Source of the DNA: Fistulifera solaris
Lineage: Eukaryota
Reading direction: 5' to 3'
Length of the DNA: 64,000 nucleotides
Assembly: GCA_030295235.1 (NCBI GenBank)
Contig: AP026153.1
Coordinates: 310,001-374,000, forward strand
Positions 13,181-23,352 of this stretch are shown here, piece by piece. The position numbers were made by a program, and so were the translations under genes. Under the pieces are notes generated by a model. The model did not search any database and was not told the origin of the DNA. It was given only the letters and a program-made list of their open reading frames with translations. Position 1 is the stretch's first letter. Each line of letters starts with the position of its first letter.

Positions 13181-13987
13181 TCAAACCTTCCAAGCCTGAA
13201 GTGCGGCTGTCTGCCATTTGTCAACCGACTGCTGTAGTTGCTGTTGCTGCTGATCAAGTGTACGGGTTTGATCTTGCATTGCTTGCTCAAGTCGACCCAT
13301 TTGTGTTTGTAGCAATGCGATTTGACTCTCTTGATGAAGCAGTCGACCTTGTAGCAAGGCGGCTTGGCATTCTTGATGTTGTCGAAATTCAAGTTGCATC
13401 TCGCGAAGCTGGGACTGAATAGATTCCCATGGATGTGCAGGAGGATTCGACGAAACCTGACTTGGAGCGGACCCCATCAAACTCCCACTAACAGAGCCGA
13501 TTCGGGCGACACCCGTGCTCCGAAATATAGTTCCTTGATCGAGATCCGACTGTGTAAAGGCTTTCTGCTGAATCGACCCTTCCTCTTTTGATGCAGGACG
13601 ATAATGTTTTGAATGCTTGGTAACGAGATTCCAGGACATTGATCTGCCATTCGAAAAGGACAATTTCCGCTTTCCATCCTTTTTCGCTGAACCGGTTCGT
13701 TGAATTATTACTCCTTTCGAGTCAACAACCAAAGTACTGTCATCAGAATCATCATCAGAAAAGATAGAAAACGCACTTTGCTCAGTCTTCTTGCCGGAGT
13801 GAAGTCCCAAAGGATCGTCATCATCCTCAGAAAAATGTCGTGAGAAGCTTAGTCGTCGTCCGCCGGATCCACTCAAAGATTCTTGCATTTGATCCACGTT
13901 GCGTTTGCGTTGCACGTTTTCCGTTGCTTGACTTGCAGAAGAATCAAATTTCTTACCAGCATTGCCGGTTGCACTTAAACTATTCAT
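13181..13987 (-). CDS. Hypothetical protein, Ser/Asp-rich N-half and Gln-rich coiled-coil C-terminus
   Basis: Uninterrupted 268-aa ATG-started ORF with protein-like composition. No family recognised. Confidence 0.55.
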   Translation of the reverse strand: MNSLSATGNAGKKFDSSASQATENVQRKRNVDQMQESLSGSGGRRLSFSRHFSEDDDDPLGLHSGKKTEQSAFSIFSDDDSDDSTLVVDSKGVIIQRTGSAKKDGKRKLSFSNGRSMSWNLVTKHSKHYRPASKEEGSIQQKAFTQSDLDQGTIFRSTGVARIGSVSGSLMGSAPSQVSSNPPAHPWESIQSQLREMQLEFRQHQECQAALLQGRLLHQESQIALLQTQMGRLEQAMQDQTRTLDQQQQQLQQSVDKWQTAALQAWKV

Positions 13988-14555
13988 GATCGGCTTTGCG
14001 AGTCTTGAAAATGAAAGTTATACGGCAAGTTTAGCGATTGCAAATATGAACAAGTAGTTTGCAGGAATATTTGAAAAATTTATTGCATCCAAGCAGAGCC
14101 GTCATTGTCGTATCCCGCAAAAGACAATGCGGCGGACGTCGCACACAACAATGATGGATGCGTCGTCGATAGTCACCTCAGTCCGCTCACGTCGACGTAT
14201 ATGTAAGTGTTTGACTATCCTGATCCTTCCTCTTTATCAAAGAGATTCATTGACGAAAAGGTTTTTTGTGCTTTCGAAAAGAATGATACGAAGGTGAATG
14301 TTGGCTCGCTCAAAGGACGAATGAAAGATTGAATGTCGCGTTGCAAAAAGCAAGGATTTCCCCTTGCAAAACGAAAAAAGAACGCAAAGAATTTCGTATC
14401 CCGTTTCGAAGTGAACTCGGGTCTCATGGAACGCGGTACGACGTACGACGGATATTTCAGTACGATGTGGAACACACAAGTTGTCACACTCACGTAAAAG
14501 TTTACATGAAGAATCATCGTACTACCAGGTACGGAACTAAAATCGAAAGTATTAT

Positions 14556-14866
14556 TGTTAGAAAAAGCAAATTCCACTTGACGATTCACGAACTTTATTC
14601 GCGAACCAAAACAATCACTACGCAGCAATCAGCTTATGTAGGGCCGAACTCGATACAATAACTTGTCAATAAAAGGAGAGTAAATAAAACTTCCGTCTAT
14701 TAACTGGATTGTTTCAAGAGAATGAGCTCTTGAAACCACCACGAACTTCGCCCAAGTTACCGTTTTACTTGTTTTGGCATCGGCTCGTTCGTCTTTTCTT
14801 ACGTCAGTTTTCTCCTTTTCAACTTCACTATGGTTAGAGCTCGCTGCAGACTCGCATCTTCCAACA
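14556..14866 (-). repeat. 3' LTR of the copia element (311 bp)
   Basis: TGTTAG...CCAACA. By eye it matches 20774-21089 apart from two small indel sites. Preceded on the sense strand by purine-rich CCGAGGAGCG (putative PPT, 14867-14876). Confidence 0.95.
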
Positions 14867-17800
14867 CGCTCCTCGGTCTGTAGCGAGTCTTCGTCATTCA
14901 AGGAGTTGATGTGAACATGCCCCATGATCACGGACCTTAGTTTCAGAAACAACTTCCCTTGCAACGGCTTCGTGAAAAAATCGGCTATCATCTTTAGAGT
15001 GGGACAGTGTCGAATCGTTATTCCCTCGGCTTTAACCCTGTCTTTGATGAAGAAATATCGAATGTTGATGTGACGAGATTTCGGTCCCGCGGAAGTTCTG
15101 CCGTTTTTCTCGAGCTTAATCGCACTCTCGTTGTCCTGCTCAAAAGCATTATCCTCAATTTTGTGTCCTTGAGCCTCCAAAAACATCTTCATCCATAACG
15201 TGTTCGGTAGATAGTCGCTGGCACCAACAAGCTCGGCCTCAGTGGAACTTTTCGTATTTAATTTTTGCTTTGTCGATTTACAGATCAAACCTCCTGTTCC
15301 GAACGAAATGACGCCACCCATGTGGCTCCTCATGTCAGGATGCACAGCATACGAGGCATCTACCCACGTTCTCATCTTTCCCAAATCGCCGGCTCCCACG
15401 GTAATGCGACAAGTCTAGCGTTCCTTTCAGATATTCCAAGACCCTTTTCAATTTCCGTTCGTCTTCCTCGGTAGCCTTTGAAACGCGGGTGCAAAGGAAA
15501 CAGACCGGTAACAGGATGTCCATTCTGGCGCTGTCGCTACGCATTACAAAAGTTTCGCTGAAACGCTATGGAAAATATCGTTTCGGTTTTTGTCGAGTCT
15601 CGGCGAATTTTCGTCCACTTCAAAAAGGTAGTGCTTAGCGGGAGTGGACGCCCAGTTCTCGAAATTTCCATACCGGACTCCGCAATAGCCTCCTCAAGAT
15701 CACGAGCTCATGGTAATCGTTGCCGTGTTGTTTTCGTTGTAGACTACTTTCATGCCCAAAAATTCGTGTTCCTTCCCGCGCCTGACGGTCATCTTTCCGA
15801 AACTTGACTCGATGTTCGATATGACAGCGGAAACTACTTCAGGATCTTTGTGTGAGACTTTCATGTCGTCGACGTACCAAACAATAGTGCACTGTGATCC
15901 GTTGAAATCGCAATTCGCCACACACTGGTCGTGCGGGTTCAACTCAAAACCCATATCTTGTAGTGTCTCGGAGAACATCTTGTACCATAACAGAGCACTT
16001 TTGACACATCCGTGTAACCCCTTCTTTAGTTGCGTAGATGACCTTTTTTCCATTTTCGAGGCAAACGTATGGCAGATATTTTTCGCTCATCTTACACAGG
16101 ATTTCGACTGCTCTCCCGGTAAACTTTAGAATCACAAAGTCGTCCATCATGGCTTTCAGGTAGGCCCCTGCAACATCGCATATCCCAGCGTCTCTTCCTT
16201 CAAAAACGTCAATTAAGAAAGAAGTAATGAGCGGTCGATAGACACAGTTGGCGAGGCTGTCTCCGATTTGTCGTACAGCGATCTCTGCTTGCTTCCATCG
16301 GCTACGGTTCTACCCTTTAGGCTCCCGTCGCGCTTCTCTTTTAGCAGGTTCAATGCTCTTAGGGCTGCGCGCTTTTCATCATCAGTAAGTTAAACTAGCG
16401 TGTCGAGGGAATGAAAACGGTGAGGTCGTCGAGTTGCTGGAACTCCTGCATGAGGGCATTCTCTGCTTTTTCTCCGTGTTTTCGAAGGCCCGCTTGTTCC
16501 GACATTTGGGTCAGAATGATTGCTACTACCACGCCGGGCGGACCGAGTCAGTAACTACACTTTCTTTTACGCTTTCCGCTGCGTGTTGCAGCATGCAAAA
16601 CACGTTTCTGCTGGGCTTTTCTACGCTGTCGTCGTCTTCCTGTACAGTTTCCACCAAGGGGTCCTCGGACGCTCCTTGGTCCTCAACCAATGAAACGTCG
16701 CCTTCGCCGTGGGCGGTATTCTGAATCATCATTGCTGTCGGCATTTGCGTTGCGGTCCTGCGGTGTATTGGCCGTCGTGGTGTCCGTTTTGGCGATGTCG
16801 AGTGCTACGGGTTCCGCTCCTGAGTCATCCGCTCCTATGTTTGCAACGGGTTCGGACACAATGGGGACTTTAATTTGCGGCTCCATGCTCGCTCCTTGGT
16901 CCACTCCAGAAGGAGATGGGACACTAAAAGGAGACGCCAAGGAAATCGAGTTCATCATCATCAACAGGAAGAAAACTGTCGTCCAGGTCATGGTCAGCGG
17001 CACGGGCGGTGACGGGGGGCATATAGTCTTTGTCGTATTCATCGTCGTCGATGGGCATATCAGGGTCCCATTCGAAAACAAGACCAGACTCTTGAATGAG
17101 TGGTTGATCTTCCGCTTAAAGAGCAAGGGCGTGCACCCGGTCGATGGCGGTGTCGGGAATACGACCAACGCGCTCCCATTGATGGCGGGTAACGCAAGCG
17201 CCGGTGGCGAGTGACATAAAAGCGTAGTCAACGTTGGCGTTGCCGCTGGGGCCAAGGGCAATGGCTCCGAGTGTACGGGAGTGAAGTGTGTTGCTGGGTG
17301 TTGTGGGCTCGAAGATTTGAACGTATTCACCGAACTCCAGGGTCATTTTGTTGTAGTCTGGGAGACCTTCCCCGGTGACGATGGTGTTCGGGCTCATGGT
17401 GTCGGAGATGCCGTCTCTCCGAGGAAATAAATTGAGGCATCGCACGGCTTCCTTAACGAGTTCAATCACCATAAGCTTCGGGAGACGTTTGTGTTGTCAC
17501 AGTGCATCCCATGGACGGTAAAACCACGAGTGTTGTATAAATTGATGGCCCGCTGCGTCTCGCGAAGAATTGTCTTTTTGGAACGGTCAGAGGCGGTGAG
17601 CGTGCGATAACCGATGTTAAGCGAGATGGTGTGAAAAAATGGAATGCCTTGCACAAACAGAAAATCTGTGCACAGGGTGACGTCGCGGTGATGGAGCAAG
17701 ATGGGCGGTGGAATCGGGACTGCCTTGAAAGATGGCACGCGTGGTGCGTCAGCGCCGCAACGAGTTTTTCCTTTAAGCGTTCGCGACATCTGGCCCGTAA

Positions 17801-20324
17801 ATGGCCAGAGCGCTTTGTCGTCATCAGGGCGTGACTGGAGAGTTCGCGAATGAAATTTTTTCGTAAGTACCACTCGAAATCCTCCTCGGAAGGGCGACCA
17901 GCAATTCTGTAAATGCGCCTCGCTTCGTCAGCGGCCTCGATTTGCCGTTTGTTCCACAATTTCTTCTGACCAGCTACAGTTTGGAGCAACGTATACATTT
18001 TAACGGCGGTGCTATCGTTAGGGCTAAAAACGTATAGACCAGAATCCGCTTCCTCAAAACGCATTTCGGAACCGTCTAAACGATGCACGGCGAATGCACG
18101 CGGGAGACTCGGATGTATCCATGGTAACGCGGCACACTCGGCGCACCTTGGCAAGAGACAAAATGTTGGCAATGGACTCCGGATTGTACCACACCGGACC
18201 CAAATTGGGAAAATCACCCACCAGATGGGATGTTTGACTGCCGCCCGTTGGTGATGGCGCTGGTAAGACCTGGTCGCTGGGACGGATGTTGCTGAGCATG
18301 GACGCATTTCGGAACACCGACACAGTTGACTGAGAGTCGAGGAGAATCCAGTTGGGGTCGATCCCGTCGCCAGTGGACGAGTGAGCCAGCACGAAACCGT
18401 GTTGCATCAGCGTGGTGCCGGACACCGTAGTTTGTCCGTTGGGGCATCGATTGGCAAAGTGGCCCGGCTGTTTGCATTTGCTGCAGGTGATGTGGGCAAA
18501 CACTTCGCCGTTCGTGCCGGGGACGACCGTTCCAACTTCGCGCAAAGGTTATTCCATTGACTTCGTTCGGGGCAGAGGCCGGAGTGGGAGAGGTAGTAGG
18601 TGGTGACAGATTTATAATAAGATTGATTCCTGGGTGTTCATGACTGGACAGTCCGTTTGTCTGTCAGGTGTATTTTGGGTGGTTCATGACTGGGAGTGAG
18701 TCATGAAGCTTGAAGTTGAAGTTGAATACCAGTGTGAGGAAGATATGTTTTTGGATTCTTCTCTACACGTCAGTGACCACGTCAGTATTTTGAGAAGGAT
18801 GAGACAGCTTCTCATTTTCATTAGTTTTAGATAATGCTCACAATTTAGAAACCCAGTTGATAATGAACTAGTTGTCATTACCTCGTATCGAGTACGGTCA
18901 GAGATACATTTGCTGTGTGGAATCTCAGAGGGTTGGCACACCTTGTGAGAACGGTTGAGTCGAGTTGGCACACTTGACGAACCAGTGTTAGGAGAAGGCT
19001 GGCACGCCCGGATCTTTATACTGAAGCAGTAAGTACGCGCATTTCGGTTGGCACGCCCGGATTGTACTTATTGACCTATACGGCAGCGGGTGGCCAGTTG
19101 TCGTACTCTTTGTTTGTAGTGTGCAGTGACACGGTCGGGTCATTCGTTCATAGCGAGTTTGGGTGATTTTGACGTCTGTGCGTCGATTGTTGCGTGTGTC
19201 GAGTTACACGTGGCATTGGATTGTGTCGTTTGTACTCTCGCGTGGAGAGTCTCAAATTCTGGGAGCTATCTGTGCGCTCAGAATTTTGTCAGGTGGAGCC
19301 GTTGACTTGTGTGTTGCCTGGGACTGATTTGTGTTCCTATTTTGCTGCTGGGGCGGCTTGGGAGAGATAAGAGGACGGTAGTTCACAAGAAGATTGTAGG
19401 CGGCCGTGGAATCCTTTGGATATTTGTCTTGGCCGAGGGAGAAAAGCGTTTGCCAATTCGTTTCTGAGACTTCCAAAACATGCACCGTCGGGCGTTCGGG
19501 ATAATGGCGAGGGCAAGGGTTTCTTCACGAGCTCGGTTGTATCCGTCAAGATCCGGAACGGCATCGGGATAGTCCCGGTCGCAAAAAATGTACTCCGCGA
19601 ATGTGGCCGCCGTAGCATTCAATGGCCTCAGCCCATCCCCGCAGGTTTTCCACGTAGCTTTCGACCGATTCACTGGCGTGCTGAGAACAATTTAGGAAGT
19701 TGAAACGAGCATCAAGGAGAGACAAACCGATCTTTTTGGTAGCGTCGAATTGCAGCATGATCGACCGGATGTTGGTGAACAGCCACACGCAATCAGTCGT
19801 CTGGGACGCCGTCCGGTACCCGTCGAGTGCTTTCAAACGCACTTTCATGGCTGGGGTGCACTGTTTCCAACCGGCGTTGAACAGGGTCGGCAGACTCACA
19901 TCCTCCAGCTGATCGTAGTGCTTTCCGTAGCGCTTCCACTGGTACTCGTACTGGTCTTGCAGATACTTGGGAGCGTCGGCGGCCGGGGGATCAGGCGGTT
20001 TGAGGCGTGGTGCCTCAATGGTTTCTCCGAAAAGCGGGGCTAGGTCTTCGGGCGTGGGTAATGGTGGAGCGGGCGTAACCCTGCAGCTCCTCCATTGTCC
20101 TGCCGAGCGATGGCCGAGTTTGTCTCTCCTCGGCTGTCTCGAATACGTATCCGTTCATTTCGGCTATCTCACCCTCGTCGCGGTACTCGTGCTTTTGGCT
20201 TTGGAGGCGCCGTCGCCCGTCTTTGCCCTCGGTTCCGATTGCGATTCCGTCCGCCCTCGTCCTGCTGAGGGCGTGCCGTCGGCCGCCACCCTGTTCAGCC
20301 GGTCGGCTTGGTCTCGCTACTCAT
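14714..20324 (-). pseudogene. copia gag-pol polyprotein, broken by many frameshifts and a nested insertion
   Basis: Gag N-terminus (GEIAEMNGYVFE), zinc knuckle CSKCKQPGHFANRC, protease WILLDSQSTVSVF, integrase region (DVTLCTDFLFVQGIPFFHTIS; LEFGEYVQIFE), RT (GCVKSALLWY; WYVDDMKVSH) and RNase H (WVDASYAVHPDMRSH; SSTEAELVG; EQDNESAIKLE; ADFFTKPLQG). Confidence 0.9.
18604..19291. mobile_element. Nested solo LTR (688 bp) of a different retrotransposon inserted in gag
   Basis: Termini TGACAGATTT...AATTTTGTCA. Flanked by the 5-bp duplication GGTGG (18599-18603 and 19292-19296). Removing it rejoins gag as ...KSTAPP-TTSPTPASAPNEVNGITFA. Confidence 0.85.
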
Positions 20325-20698
20325 GGTTTGTTTGGGGCTCAGGTGTGCGATGCGATATGTTGTTCGGTGCGCGACAGACTTCGAGGTTTAACTCGTTTCG
20401 CAGGTATACACGCGTGCGAGTGATGCGCGTCACAACACCGCTGACGATACTGCTCGATGGTTTGAGCGTTCCAGGAACCAGTCCAGGTGGCAGGTCGATT
20501 CACTTGGTTGTCAATTCGGACGTGGTCTCCAATCTCGAATACAAAAACCTCTTCAAAATCCCCCGGACTCGTCAGCTCCTTGCGTGCGGCGAGCATTGTT
20601 GATTCCCTCAACTTTCGCGAATTAAAAACGCTTTCTCGTAGTCGTAGGCTCTGCAATTCTTTGATTATGGCAGCAATTAAGCCGTCGTCGTCTTGCAT
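20317..20698 (-). CDS. Extra small ORF upstream of gag (helical N-half, SH3/KOW-like C-half), one frameshift near 20440
   Basis: Reads MQDDDGLIAAIIKELQSLRLRE...FEIGDHVRIDNQVNRP..., then in the adjacent frame GVVTRITRTRVYLRNELNLEVCRAPNNISHRTPEPQTNHE*. Its end overlaps the putative gag ATG (CATGAGTAG). Confidence 0.6.
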
Positions 20699-20759
20699 CC
20701 GTGTAGGGCGACAACAGCGATCGAAAACAGGTTCAAAACAGTAGAGAAAAATGATATTT

Positions 20760-20773
20760 TTCTCTTGAAACAA
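20760..20773 (-). promoter_or_regulatory. Primer-binding-site position: TTGTTTCAAGAGAA, complementary to the element's own LTR
   Basis: Directly abuts the 5' LTR end. Does not start with TGG. Exact reverse complement of 20928-20941 within the LTR. Confidence 0.75.
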
Positions 20774-21089
20774 TGTTAGAAAAAGCAAATTCCACTTGAC
20801 GATTCACGAACTTTATTCAGCGAACCAAAACAATCACTACGCAGCAATCAGCTTATGTAGGGCCGAACTCGATACAATAACTTGTCAATAAAAGGAGAGT
20901 AAATAAAACTTCCGTCTATTAACTGGATTGTTTCAAGAGAATGAGCTCTTGAAACCACCACGAACAACGCTCGCCCAAGTTACCGTTTTACTTGTTTTGG
21001 CATCGGCTCGTTCGTCTTTTCTTACGTCAGTTTTCTCCTTTTCAACTTCACTATGGTTAGAGCTCGCTGCAGACTCGCATCTTCCAACA
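20774..21089 (-). repeat. 5' LTR of the copia element (316 bp)
   Basis: TGTTAG...CCAACA followed by TSD ATTAT. Contains the hairpin GTTTCAAGAG-6nt-CTCTTGAAAC (20930-20955). Confidence 0.95.
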
Positions 21090-22587
21090 ATTATGCCCTT
21101 CAAGCCTTCAAGATACTACGTACCAAACGTTAAATACCAAAAATCCTGCTTGAAGTATTACGACTTTACTTAAGACTTATGACCTGTGCCCTGTGCAAGA
21201 TGTCTTTTTGTCTTGAGAGGTCATAAGACCAACAAAAAACAAACTAGCTTATGGCTTATGGGCACCTTTTTGAAGAAGTCGAGGCAAGTCGGCAAGCGCC
21301 GGCAACAAGAAGGAAAGCTCACGAGGGTTATTACTTGTACCTGGTACAGGTACAGCTGGTGTCCGATCGTCTCAACTCCATGTAGCCCTCGTAGAAGCCT
21401 ACCACAACGGAAAAAATATGATTTGAGTACCGGTCCAAAAACTCCTCCAAACTCTTTTTATCGCGACAAATTTTGTGTTGTTTTGACGATGCCGATCATT
21501 CCATTCGATCACTGATAACTCGTTCTAAACATCTCACCTCGTGGATCGAAACACTTATACTGTGTAACTTTTAATTTCGCGTCGAACGGTATAACTTGAT
21601 CCACGAGATCAGATCATGACGGACTTCAAAAACATCGCAAGAACAAGGCACTCACTTGTTGGTCAAGTTGAATTGGACGATTATCATGGATACGTTGATC
21701 TGTGACGAAATTTTCTTTCCGTTTCTTATCAAATACAGCCCATTTTCGGCAATTACGTTCAAGAGGGACTCTAGACGTGCCAACTTCGTCCGAGTAATCC
21801 TGTTCGAAGTCCCTCATTAAATGCCTCATGTTGGTCTTCCGGAAGTTTACCGTAATCAAATCAAGGTATTATGACCAAATAAAGAAAGCAAGCGCGCGGT
21901 TCATTATAACTTCGGCAAGCTCTTATGAAGAGAGGACTTGGGGCGATGGCAATCACGCAGACGACCTCGAAAAGATAGTAAAGAAGTTAAAGACTTCCGC
22001 TGTGTCATGAATTTTGACGGGTGTTTCGTCAGGGCAGTGGTGAATACAAAGCGCAAATAATCTTTGATGAGAAAGTAGCATGAGATATCAAATGAGTGGA
22101 GCGATTACCAGCCATCAGATAGAGAATTTGACGAGGAACTGGCATAACTAATAATTTTATATACTAATTTGTCAATATTTCCATCGTGTTTGCTTACTGG
22201 TGATAGAGTTCTGCTTCAGACTGAGTAAACTATTAAATATAATTATGAACAATGATGTATTTTAGTCAAACAAACCTATACAAGTGGGAATCGTCGCCTG
22301 CATAACATAGTTAACATGACTCATGACTGACTAGTGACTGAGGCGAAAATCTAGGTTAATCTCATTTCAAGGTCAAGAAAACACGAAATCGAACCAGCTA
22401 ACCGTAGATTATATTCCTACATGTGTAAGATTGTCAACAGAAGGAATAAAATGTAATTGAAATTGAGTTCATGATTATTCTTTCTTAGATTCTTTACTTT
22501 CAATTTACTCCTACGGAGAAATGGGACGTAGAAAATGTACTACACGTAAAAAAAGACACCAGCTGTATTTGAATGAATGATGAATCA

Positions 22588-22590
<3 letters not shown>

Positions 22591-22657
<67 letters not shown>
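22591..22657. repeat. (CT)n microsatellite, about 33 units
   Basis: Perfect CT dinucleotide run. Confidence 0.98.
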
Positions 22658-22659
<2 letters not shown>

Positions 22660-23352
22660 AGCTCAGAGAGCCTACCGGTAAGAACTAGAGAGAGCTAGAG
22701 CCTACTAAAGCCTAGAGCGAGGAGAGGAGAACCCGCCGCCCGCCGATCTCAAGTTCGTTCTGTGGTATGTGGTGTCTGTTGGTCTTAGGTCGTCAAAAAG
22801 CGGAATGTTGAAAGTTATAAATGCTAAATTGGAAGAGGGCGAACTCCGAACTGCGAACCGTTGAAGATGGTGACATCTGTGAATCTTTGTAGAATTGATT
22901 TGAGATTTTAAGGGCGTGCCAAGACGGTCATAAATAATTGTGAAAGCGTGCGATGCGGTGAAAAGTGAAGGCTGAACTGCTGTTGTAGAACGCATTGTAC
23001 TGTATGGAGTACGTATTCGTATTGCGGAAGAACGAACAACGAACAAAGTAAGCTCGAAAAGTAGATCCTTTTTTATTTCACGCCACACCACACGCCCATC
23101 TCTTCACGACTACAACGTCTGATCTAGCTAAGTCCTATTTATCTTGAATCGGACGCGGAGATACAAAAGAGTAGTATCCAGCATTTATAGGAGATAATCT
23201 TGCGTTCGGGTGTCTGAAAAATCAAGATTAGGGCCGACCAAAAAAATCATCACATCTCACCTTTTCGTGAAATCTCCAAGGCATCACAACTTTGAACGGA
23301 ATCAAAACGTTGTCCTTTTCCTCTTTAGAACAAAGAAAGACCAAAGATAAGA

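Larger units (their letters stand above)
14556..21089 (-). mobile_element. Full-length Ty1/copia LTR retrotransposon (diatom CoDi-like)
   Basis: Near-identical TG...CA LTRs at both ends. 5-bp target-site duplication ATTAT (14551-14555 and 21090-21094). Minus-strand domain order is gag, zinc knuckle, protease, integrase, RT (YVDD), RNase H, which is the copia order. Confidence 0.97.

Noticed and set aside
16690..17214. Plus-strand 174-aa ORF (and 19967-20602) inside the retrotransposon
   Set aside because: Antisense to GC-rich integrase-linker and gag coding sequence, with no evidence of being a separate gene.
21095..22300. Short ORFs and a 10-bp inverted repeat (CTTATGACCT/AGGTCATAAG) right of the copia element
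   Set aside because: No transposase motif or defined termini recognised.
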